Source of the DNA: Chrysomallon squamiferum
Lineage: Eukaryota; Animalia; Mollusca
Assembly (NCBI GenBank): GCA_012295275.1
Contig: CM022666.1
Location: 2,170,001 to 2,234,000 of the forward strand
DNA length: 64,000 bases
Direction of reading: 5' to 3'
The position numbers and the translations under genes were made by a program. The notes below the pieces were generated by a model that saw only the letters and a program-made list of their open reading frames with translations, did no database searches and was not told the origin of the DNA. Shown piece after piece: positions 12,846 to 23,886 of the stretch (position 1 is its first letter; every line of letters begins with the position of its first letter).

Positions 12846-15800
12846 TTATTATTATTTTATTATTATTATTATTATTACTATTATTCAGGATATCTTGGAG
12901 ATCTAAATGGCTTTGAGCCAGATGAAGATGGGGTTGTCAAGGAAACATTCTGGGAATTCCAGGGCTCATCAGATTTTCTTGGTAAATTACGTTTATTTTA
13001 CTCTCCTTTACTTTTAATTTATGTTTTCATAATAATAATACTTCGATACAAAAATATCTTGAACATCACTATTCCTTTGAAGAAGCTTTCAGACTGATTT
13101 AATGTATTAAGAAAAAAAAAAATAAAATAAAAATTATTTTTAGCATATCATTATTAGAATAAATTATAACTAATGCAAAAACTGAATTATTGAATTTTGG
13201 TCTTATTAAGACAGTTCTTTAAAATGTAAGTGATTTGTTTTGAACAAGAATATTGATAATAGTAAATTTTCATAATGATTACTAGTGGCTGATAAGTTAA
13301 ACAAAGCTAGATTTTGGAATCATGACTAGTGCAGAGTAATATTTTAATTTTCTGTTGCTAGTACTTCTTTGGAATTTATGAGGCTTTGGAATTATCACTA
13401 TTTCTTTGAAATTATAATAGATCATTACTTTTATTTAATGTATTTTATAAAATTATGGAATTATAAAAAGTGCTAGTAATTTTTGCATATCATTATTAGT
13501 AAATAAATTATAACTAGTGCTAGTAACATTTTGAATTATAAATAGATCTAGTAATACTTTGGAATTATAACTAGTGCTAGTAATACTTTGGAATTATAAC
13601 TAGTGCTAGTAATACTTTGAAATTATAACTAGTGCTAGTAATGCTTTGGAATTATCACTAATGCTAGTAATACTTTGGAATTATAACTAGTGCTAGTAAT
13701 ACTTTGGGATTATCTCTGGTACCAGTAATACTTTGGGATTATCAGATTATCAGCAATACTCAATTTCTGCTGTGTTTTTAACAGATTCGACAGTGAGTCA
13801 GGGCTTTGACGTGTTCGCCGATGTTCCTTCAGACCCCGAGGATGAGGAAGACGATGACATATTTGACATGTCAGACACACCCTTGATGCCTACTTATGAC
13901 CTTCCCCTTGATGAAACTCAAACGTACGTTCTCCATTCTGTACTGCAGAATTAGGAAATTCGAAACTGCTGAAGTTATTTTATTAGCAGTGTTTGTTATC
14001 TAGTTAGATATTTAGTTAAATAATTTAATGCCAGATTCTTTCCATTTTAGTTGATTTTGTTAATGTGTCTGTATATTACACAAAGAACTACCTAAATTAT
14101 GCATTTTAATTCTTGGCATATTTAAATCTTAAAGATTTTTATTTTTATTCTTTTTTATTTTGGTGTTACAAAATTATGTTGTAGAAATAAGAAATATGAT
14201 CAGATGTTTATAAAACGGTCATACTTTGTTATTAGCAAAGGTTGGGGTTGTATAACATGACATAAAGATATTAAATCACTTGAAAGCACATAAAATGTTT
14301 TTAGTTTAATTCTTAACACCAGCATTAGTACATTTTTCCTAGTAAGATACATAATAATTTATTCCAAATACCCTAAATAAAACCTCTTTCTTTTTCTCTT
14401 CTTCAATTTTTTTTTTTTTGTATGTTTCTAAATTTTGGACACTTCTATATTTTTTACAGTCCTGAGAGATGCTTCATACTTGTGGATGTTTTGCGGCACC
14501 TGAAGGTGACCAGGGAGGACTTTGGCAAGATGGAAGGAGCCGAAGGAGCCATAATCAAAATTCCAACAGACAGTTTCATCCAGACCCTGAGCAGCTGTTC
14601 TGTTCAGATACCAAAACTGAAAAACTCTTCCACAGTGGATCTGCTGACCATGGAAGACTTCGACAATCTGGGATCGACTCCGTGCAAGCTGAGCAGAAGA
14701 GACCAGCTGTCTGAGTTGCCGTGGAAACGGTCGGAGGAGAGGCCGGAGGAACTGGATCGCGAACATTCCAGCATTCGCAGTTTTCCAGCAGCAGATCAGC
14801 AGTGGTTGCCGAGAGACCATCAAAAAAAAAAACTGGGCCAGTTGCCGATGGATACTGGCAAGACGGGCAGCATTAAAACTGTGAAGCGATTTTCATCTGC
14901 GTTTCAGAGGAGGAGTCTGGACAAGTCGAAAAGCATCGTCGTTGCTGCTGCTGCTGGACAGATGAAGCCGAAGTCCGACGCAGACGTGTGCGATGAAGAG
15001 GTGAAAGGTGTCAGCAAAGACGTGAGTGAGAAATTGAAAAATTCTTCCTTGGGTTGTGAGAAACTGGCCTGTGATAAGTGGAAGCTGGGTAAAAAAGACT
15101 GTCTGCAGAAAAAGCCCAAGAAGCACAAAATCCGGAAGGACAAGTGCATTTCAAAATGGCTGATTCGCAAGCGACACACCTCGCAGAAGAAGAAGAAGTA
15201 CACCAAACAGAAGCTGCTGACCCAGCTGGCTCAGGTCACTCTGCCGGTCGCCGTGGGAAACGAGATCCAGGACGTCAACGACAACATCGTGTGCAGCGTG
15301 GATGCGCAGCAGCCACCACAGCAGCAGCAGCAGAACTACCAGACGTCGTCTGACTCGGTCCCAGCGCCGTACAGCAGCAGTTCCAAGTTTCAGAGCCTGG
15401 ATAAGCTTTCCAGTTTGGCAGGCAAAGTGAAAAACTTCTCCAGACCGTTTTCTGCAAAGAACGCACATTCGACGAGGCTTGGGAAAGCCTGCGTCGGTCA
15501 AACTGGTGCTCAGGATGTAACAAACGCTTCAGAGCCATCAGAGATTAGTAAGAACTACGTGACGGCAGGCGACGATGAAGCCGTTGTTGCCTGCACCCCT
15601 TGCAGCATTCGGAGGAAGGACGTATGTGTTCCGGGAATACCTCTTGAGAAAATGTCCACGTCTTCAGTGTGTTCTCAGGAGAGAGACTCTTTACCAGGAA
15701 AGTCTGTTGTTTCTTGCCAGCAAGACCTTCAAGGGAAGGTCAGTGTGACTGCGTGGAAGACTAGTGGTTCCTCTTCCACGGAGAACAGCAGCAACCCTTC

Positions 15801-16170
15801 CAGGTTGAAAGTGACTCTGCCTCTCAAAGTCGACCAGAAGCCGAATGTTTACTCCTTCGACGAAGAAGATTCCAGTCGAGATTTGACGAAGATGCCAAAG
15901 ATGAAGCGTGAAAAGGAACATCACGCGTCGAAGATGAAGAAGCAGAGTGAACAGCTGTACTGCTTCGACGACGACTCTGCCGATGAAGAGATTACATTTC
16001 GCAAGATTACAGACCACAAGCATGCTCAGAAGTCAGCGAAAGCAAGTCCAGGGGTTGCTTCTTCGAAATTCTACAGTCAGAATTCACAGAAGAAAGAATA
16101 CAGAGACATTATAAAGAGGAACAGCAACAACAATAACAACAACAACAACAACAACAACAATAATTCATAA
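1..16170 (+). CDS. BCOR: BCL6 corepressor family protein (BCOR/BCORL1-like), 5'-partial, 12 exons, ~2,450 aa in window
   Basis: Exons with GT-AG and consistent phase: <1-120, 1335-5396 (two frame breaks near 1804-1886 and 4767-4918), 6855-6956, 7400-7445, 8987-9085, 9635-10140, 10692-10841, 11294-11460, 11946-12091, 12889-12981, 13785-13923, 14460-16170 (TAA). The spliced peptide [36 protein letters not shown]...[17 protein letters not shown]...[43 protein letters not shown] closely matches the BCOR/BCORL1 ankyrin region as recalled from the human proteins. It is followed by a PUFD-like segment. Exons 6855-9085 are less certain because they rest on splice signals and phase only. Confidence 0.88.
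5397..5765 (+). repeat. Degenerate (GT)n-rich satellite starting at a BCOR donor site
   Basis: GTGTGTGTC/GTTGTGT units begin directly at the GTATGT donor (5397). They are the source of the spurious Cys/Val ORFs. Confidence 0.9.
8490..8975 (+). repeat. ~58-bp minisatellite, ~8 copies, abutting the acceptor at 8986
   Basis: Unit TAACTGGTAAAATAAAATAGACTGGTTATTAACATGGTAGACTGTTTTTTAACTTGAT. The last copy is truncated 10 nt before the AG. Confidence 0.92.
9255..9610 (+). repeat. 24-27-bp minisatellite, ~13 copies
   Basis: Unit TTGTTATTTATAAAGTTATTATCATCA. It gives rise to the [12 protein letters not shown]. Confidence 0.9.
10692..12091 (+). other. BCOR: Ankyrin-repeat-encoding exons of the BCOR-like gene
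   Basis: Three exons (10692-10841, 11294-11460, 11946-12091) encode the ankyrin consensus segments [21 protein letters not shown] and [11 protein letters not shown]. Confidence 0.92.
12290..12886 (+). repeat. (ATT/ACT)n microsatellite running into the acceptor AG
   Basis: About 600 nt of ATT/ACT triplets ending ...ATTATTCAG|GA at 12888. A similar tract occupies 11770-11943. Confidence 0.95.
13480..13745 (+). repeat. 29-bp minisatellite, ~8 copies
   Basis: Unit TTTGGAATTATAACTAGTGCTAGTAATAC, with more degenerate copies back to ~13270. Confidence 0.88.
13785..14680 (+). other. BCOR: PUFD-like (PCGF1-binding) region of the BCOR-like gene
   Basis: [32 protein letters not shown]...[17 protein letters not shown] resembles the human BCOR linker/PUFD start (GYDVLANPPGPED...FEFSETPLLPCY...PRNWLLLSDVLKKLK, from memory). 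The 3' boundary is approximate. Confidence 0.65.
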
Positions 16171-19100
16171 CTTTGTGATAGAGTAGTCGCAGTTTTTCGT
16201 TTTGTTTTTTTCTGTCGATATCCATAGTTCCATTGTGCCATTTCTGGTTCACATTATTCAACCCATTGTTGTTAATGTTTCATAAAGCAGTGAGTGTGTT
16301 TCTTTTCTAAATTCGTCCTTCTTTTATTTTATTTTGTCTCTCTTTCTCTTTTTTCTTTCTTTTTTTTTTTTTTTTTTTGTTGTTTGATTTTGTTGGGTAC
16401 TTATTTTTTTTTTTTTTTTGAAAATGAAAAACATTTTTGTTCTCTCACCAAAGTGATCTAAATTTGTGATTTGTTGCAGTATTTTAGAGTTGGCAATGTT
16501 GTTTTATGACATATATTTTATTGACAATTAACACACAGGTTTTTCAGGGTGGGGGTGTATATTATGACAAATATTACTACTACTTCTACTACTGCTCTTT
16601 TTTAAGAAAAGTAGTGTTATGTATGTACAGTTCTTGTTTGAGTTAGGAATTAAGTAAGCCGATATTTTACAAAATCTAATTCAGATTTTGGTGTAAGTGA
16701 ACATTCTTCGTAATCATGGGATTCAAACTGAGCTGTGTAGGATTATAAACAAATGTGTATCTACATTTTTACATTCATTTTGACAATGACACATATTACG
16801 TGTGTTTTTGTATGTGTGTGTGTGTGTGTGTGTATGTGTGTATGTGTGTGTGTATGTGTGTTTTTGTATGTGTGTGTGTGTGTGTGTAAGTTGAATTGTG
16901 ATTTAAAAGGTCACAGAGGCATTTGAATGAATAGTTGAAAATCTTAAACTTATCGTAACTACCCATAACATTTTCTTACAGATTTCACTTTGCTTTTATA
17001 TAAAAAAAACTTTATTTAGTGAATCGAATATCAGCCTCATTTGACACATTTACTCGTTCCATCATTTTAAAAAAAAATTAATCCATGTATTAAAAAAATC
17101 AAGGAAGAACAGTGGACCTAAGATGTAACTTTGTAGTATACTTCATTTCCATTTAATTTTTTTTATTATTTGTGAGAATGTGTTTTAGAACAAAATTTGT
17201 AACTGTTCTGTTGCTAAGATACACTGTATCTTTAAAAAGTTTATAGTCCTTTTTAAGTTTGTGAAAATTTAAAGTTTGTTATTGTGAATGAATTTTTTTT
17301 TTTTTTTTTTTTTTTTTTAAAGTTTGTTATTGTGATTAAATTTATATATATATTATTTTTTTTTTTTTTTAAAGTCAGAATTTGGTTATCCAGGATATTA
17401 AGCACTGGAAATGTTAATCCCTAATCAGTACAGTAATTAAGAATTATTTTTAATTATTTGTGATATTGTTAACAGTGATGTATGTGTCTGTTACTTCTGG
17501 TGTTGTTTTTATGTTCAAGTTTTCATTTATTAACAACATAGATATTAATAGTTACACATTTTTATATTTTAAACCTACTTAATTTTTTAATTCGTACATA
17601 AAAACTCGACCAGATTTTAACATGCGAAGAGCTTCATTTTATTATTATTATTGTTATTATTATTATTATTTGGTTGTTAGTTTTTGTTTATTTAATCCAA
17701 AAAAAAAAAAAAAAAATGTCATTATAGTATTTTATGCTCAACTGCAGGTTTTAGAAAGTAAAATTTCATGTGAAGAAAAATAGCGTTTATTTACAAAGGA
17801 TATGATGATATAAAGAGTGAAGTTATTTGGCAGATTGTTTTCAACAACATAAATTAATGATGCAAAGGAATCAGTTTATGTTGATAGTGTGTTTAAGGAA
17901 TATTTTGAATTATTTAGGTCTAGATTTAGTATCAAGAAGACTTAAGTATAGGGATAGTGCTTCAAGCAAATTTTAACAAGGTTAATGTGAACTGTTTATA
18001 CTGCTTGTTTTTAAGCCGTTTTTTTTTAAAAGAAGAATTAATCGGTCCTTAAAATATAGATTAATAATGATGATGATGATGATGATAACAATAACAATAC
18101 TCAAACTAAATCCTCTTTAAAAAAAAAAAAAAAAGAAGTAATAAATCATCTAGCACCAAGTTTCCAGGATTGTGTTCCCTGTAAAAACTGGGTTCAAGCA
18201 CATACTGTATGGTCAACAGATTTTGTATTGTCTTAATCCAGACCTGTACATATTTAAAGTGATGACGTCATATAGCATGTATTATCATCTCTTGTTTGTG
18301 CTCCATGCAAAGTTTCATGGAGGATAATTCATTTGTGGCGACTGTGGTCTGTTGTTTTATTTTATGCTGGGGTTAAATAAATCACACTGTTAACCGATTT
18401 TGAAAAATATCGATGAATAAATGTTTGAGAGTCATAGATGGATAGAGAGAGAAAGAGGGAGAGAGAGAGAGAGAGGATGAGAATGGGCATGAATAGAAAC
18501 TGGATTTTTACTTTCAGTTTTAGGAACAATTGTCTTATTATTTTTATGACTTTTTAAATATTTTGTTCTACATTTTAATATTTTAATTTATTTATATTTT
18601 TCTTTACACTTAACATTAAGAAATTTTGCAGATTGTAAACCTTATTCAGAAAAAAAAATTCAATATTATAGGATACAAGAATATAATTTTTCAAAAATGT
18701 CTGTTAGAAAATTTTTATGCTGTACATGCAAGTTGAAACAATAACAGGTTATTTTATAACTGTTTTTGTCTTTGTTGTTACTTATAATTATAATTATTAC
18801 TATTACTATTATTCTGAGCTTTGGTTTTTCTCTCAATTTGTTTTACAATACTTGGTTAATTTTATCATGCTCTTTTTGAGTGAGTGCACTAAAGTGTGCA
18901 AGTTGGTCATCTTCCTTGATTTTAATAATTTTTTTTTTTTTTTTAAATTTCATTATCATTTTACATATATATATTAATTTCATTATCATTTTACATATAT
19001 ATAAAAACATTTTTTTTTTTTTTTTTAAATGTGTGGAAGTGAAAGTGGAATGTACCATTTTTGTTTTTAGTCCAAATAAGAATAAGCTTTCATTTTAAAA

Positions 19101-20508
19101 AAAGAAAAAAAAAAAAAAAAAAAAAAAGATTAAAGCATTATATAGCTCGTTTGTTTTGGCCCACATCATAGAATTACACCCAACCCCATCAGCTGTTTTG
19201 TTCTGTTACCAAGTACGTTGAGTTGACAGCATTTGTTTGTTATTGTGCTTGTTTTGTTGTTTGTATATTCGTGCACAATAATCAAAGTTAACCCTTTGTG
19301 GTCTATTAAATTCTGGTCATGAATGTTAAACTTGTCGTTTGTTGTCTGTTCATAAAATGTCTTCATAATAATCTTCGTTACTCTACTTATTATTTTTAAA
19401 TATATTTTTAATGTAATTTCTTACACATTTACTTATATATAGACACACACAAATACTATATCTAGTCCCTGGATGACAATGTTGTATGTCTACCTTTCCA
19501 GTGACTATCTAACAGGTAATAAAAATCACTATATATAATTATAAACAAGCAATTCCTCACCATGAATTTGCAAAAACATTTGGCTATGCCATGTTCCTGC
19601 CTATTACAAGACTCCATTGTCAAAGACTGTATCATCTCAGCTGCAACAGTACAGTTAATTATGGAAAACAAAACAAAACAAAACAAGACAAAACAATAAA
19701 AAATTTCTCTGCAAAAGATGTTTATTGGGACAAACATACTGGGTGGAAAAAAAAAAAAAAAAAAAAAAAACTTCCTGAAGTAAACATCTGTACAAGTTAC
19801 TTTTCACACAAACCACTGCCCCCCAATCCCCTTTCCCTACCCCCCAGTAAATTTCTAACATCTACCCCACCCCTAATGTCTTCTTTTACTTTTTTTTTTC
19901 TTTTTTTTTAAGCCACTTAAAAATGGGTAATTTCATTTGATAAAATTTAAAAGAAAATTTTAAAAGAACAACAAATTATGTCTGATCCTGTATATTAAGC
20001 CCAAGATAATATTTTTTTTCTGCCAATCTGAACATTAATTAGATAAAAGAAAACAGATGTTAGTCTGTGTGTCCACATGTCTGACATTTTTACGTCCATT
20101 ATAACAGTATTGAGGGTTAAAACTTGTCAATCAATATATACAAAAACATACAAAAAAAACAACAGCGTAATCAACAAAGGAGGTCAATGTCTGGTCGCAA
20201 ACATGATTTGTTACAGTAAAAAAAAAAAAAAAAACACATGACAATCTTATTCCTTACAATCTAATAAAAGAACTGCATATGCCAAATGCACACACACACA
20301 CACACATACATACACACATGATCATGCATACACAAAATACAAACCTGCACACCCGAATGCAAACACTATTCTCAAATGTCAAAGCACAAAATGAAAAGCT
20401 AAATAGTGTTAACAGAAGAAAATAGTTATCTGCAGCATAAAAGTTAAGATTTCATTTTAATAAATATATTTTTATTTTTTGGAACTGTAAATATTTTATG
20501 TACAATTC

Positions 20509-20542
<34 letters not shown>

Positions 20543-20984
20543 GAGATTAGATAGCTAAGTATACTGATGTTAAATTCACTATTTATTTAACCTATAAGAA
20601 ATATTAGTTTTTATCACTGGTACCTTTCGTTAAAACACGAAAACAAATTTTATCAATAATCATGTAAAATTTATTTTATTATTTTATTTTAAGTTTGTTG
20701 GCTTTTATAAACATATTTCATTCAGTTTTATCACCAACACAAACTGAAACCAAATCACATTCAGTGTCACCACACAAATCTTTTTTAACATCTCTATATT
20801 TAAAAAATACCTATTTTTACTTCTTTCTGAACTAAATACCAAGTACCTCAGCAAACACTGTCAGTCAATATTACGATTCCCTGAAATGCCCAATATCAGT
20901 TTTACAGTATTCTGAGCTTTAATAGGTCTAGCTAATTTTTTGAGTATTTTTACTTGATGCACACACATATACATGTCTTGATTT

Positions 20985-21550
20985 ATTCTGAACCAAATTC
21001 TCAACACTCTCTTATACCCAGTTCTTGATGGTTTCTTGCATGTAATCCTGGGTCAGTTCCAAAACTCAATACCTGATACATTCTAATACTTATATCCAGT
21101 ATTTGATGCTTTCTTGTAATAAACCTTGATGAATGCTTATACCAAATTCCAGATGCATTGCTTACCAAATATTTGATTAGTTCATACGTCCAAAGTGTGG
21201 TGCATTCTTATACCTGATCCTGGACAAATTCCTACACCCCAAAAATCAAAACTTTTTTTATATCCAGCACTTGCCTCATTCTTATAACTTCTGTTTTCTA
21301 ACAATACCTGGTGATTTCTCATTAATAAGATTCTCATACCTAATCCTGGATGATTTCCTGTATCCTTTATCCAGTGCTTGTTGCTTTTTATACCAAATTC
21401 CAGATTTTTATACCAAATACTTAATGTATTCTTAGTCAAAGTCCTTGATGTTCTTATAACCAATGTTTGATGTGTTATTAAATCCAATGTTTGATGGATA
21501 CTTACATTCAATTATTGATGAATTCTTAAACAAAATACTTGATGCCTTCT
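20985..21550. repeat. Highly degenerate ~24-bp tandem repeat downstream of ARGLU1
   Basis: Recurrent TTCTTATACC(A/T)A...CTTGATG elements at roughly 24-nt spacing. Confidence 0.6.
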
Positions 21551-21828
21551 GAACTGGCAGTTTTGCATCGTTGTTGCATAGTGTTTTAAATACTGTTTAA
21601 AATTCCATGAATCAATAATAACATACCTACCTCTGTCATCTACAGCATAAGCCAAAGATTGAGCACAAATGAAATATTCCACTTAAGAATTATTTTAAAC
21701 CACAGTGATAAAACCATTTTTCACATTTTGGGAAATTGAAAATAATTAAAAATGCCACAATCTTCTACGAAGGGCTGCATTTTAAAACTTGTATTTTTGA
21801 TTTGACAAACTGTTTAATTACCTGAAAC

Positions 21829-21866
<38 letters not shown>

Positions 21867-22319
21867 ATCTTTTCACAATCTGGACATTTTCCAGATTTTT
21901 TTTTTTTCTGTGTGAAATGGTTTTATAACATTCTTAACCAAGTAAGAAATTAAAACTTTTGTTCAGTATTTAATACCAAAAATAGTTATTTCTTCTCCTT
22001 CTCTTAAAAGGTTTGTCACATCCTAGTTCACTTTTTTTTTTTTTTTTTTTGGAAATTAAAACACCAATCTTGCTTTAAACATCATAAGCAATTCACTTTC
22101 CTAAAATCTACTTTGTCAACTTTCCGGTTGATTTTATCACCTCCTAACAAAGCTACACAGAGTAGAAATTTTGTCCTCGGCACAAATCATTTACACATTC
22201 ACTCGTGACCTCATTTTCACTCTGGACTCGTCAACATGCACCATTCACTCAAAAACGTTTAAAAAAAAAAGAAAAGTAAAGTCTTTTTCAAAGAGATCTT
22301 CCAAGAGAGTGGGACAGCA

Positions 22320-23066
22320 CTATTTTCCTAAAGCAAACGAAAGCTTAGGCCTGGCGTTCTTTTTGTTGAGAATAATCTCTTGTTCTTTTTTAATTCGCCT
22401 TCTCTCGTCGTCCTCTAAACGCTGTTTTGCTTCTAAAATTTTTCGCTGTTCTTCAACTAATTTTAACTGTTCTTCAGCCTGAATAAAAAAAATTTAAATT
22501 TAAAAAATTAAAATTAAAATTATACAAATGGTTCTCTTATTATTGGAGCCGATATAATTCTTGACATGAAATTAATTTAATTTTTTTTGTATGCAAAAAT
22601 AATAAAAAAAAAAATTTAAATTAAAATTATACAAATGGTTCTCTTATTATTGGAGGTGAATTTAATTTTTAACATGAAATAAAATTTAATTTTTTTTTTG
22701 TTATGCAATAGAAAGAGCGTACTGCTGAATATATTCCTCTGGATCTGTGAATTAACCATTCTTGAACATTTTCTCTACAGTATTTTCTTTTATTTTATGA
22801 GAAAAAAAAAAAAGTTTTTGTTATGGTTAAAATTCATACCAATAAAGCCTGAAATGTGTGTGTTTTTTTTTTTTTTTTTTACATACATACAAACACATAC
22901 ACCTGCTGTATGTAAGCATATGTATTAAAACGAAGGCAAACTTACTAATTTTCTTTGAGCTTCTTCAATTTTTCGATTATTTTCCTCCATTATTTTTTGT
23001 AAAGCCTCGTGTTTTATCCTTTCTTCTTCCTATAAAAAATACAAAGGGGGAAAGTTAGCCAAATCA

Positions 23067-23102
<36 letters not shown>

Positions 23103-23855
23103 AATAATAATAATAATAAATATGTCTCAGCATTCCACAATACAGTGAAATATATGTCACACAACACATAACACGTCCAAAAAAAATAAATAACCTTAAT
23201 GAAACTGTGCATTAAAAATTCCCCATGCTAATTTATTCAATGAAGAAGTAATAAGTTTGTTGGCTTATTTTTTTTTTTTTTTTTTTTTGCAAACACTATT
23301 AAACAAATAAATTACATCATGAATTTAACAAAATAACATACTCGAGTGAATACAATAATATTAACCAGAATCATACAGATTAAAAAAAAAAAAAAAAAAA
23401 AAATTATTTATATTAAAAAAAAAAGACCAAAAAAGATCACAAATTGAAGTCAACTTCTGTCAATATTGGCTTAACAGATTTCGTTACACCTGTATGAAAA
23501 GTAGAAAAAAAAGAAGAGAAATATATATATATATATATATACACAAATATGTACATAAATAAGTAAAATGCATACATAAAAATCTTTGCCTGCTGAAGTG
23601 AAAAAAAAAGAAGCAATTGTTAATACGGAAATGCAGAACGTTGCACTCCACTTCCTATATGAAAAGCACAGAAATACATGTATGCACAATATCTTATTTA
23701 CCTTAAAAAATCTACATACCACACTCATCACAGTTAGCTTGTCTGCATTCTCAATGCGTGTCGCCATCTTCTGCCTCCATGTTTAACCACATGCCATCAT
23801 AGATTTTTAACTAATTTTCGTTTTTAATTATAATTACTTTGTCCAAACAAGAAAG

Positions 23856-23886
<31 letters not shown>

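Noticed and set aside
8490-13745. Regular direct repeats as possible CRISPR arrays
   Set aside because: The units are head-to-tail with no unique spacers, lie inside spliceosomal introns and have no cas genes nearby.
1321-16023. Antisense ORFs over BCOR exons, and + strand ORFs over ARGLU1 and DNAH2 exons
   Set aside because: They are shadow frames of GC-rich coding exons with no recognisable domains.
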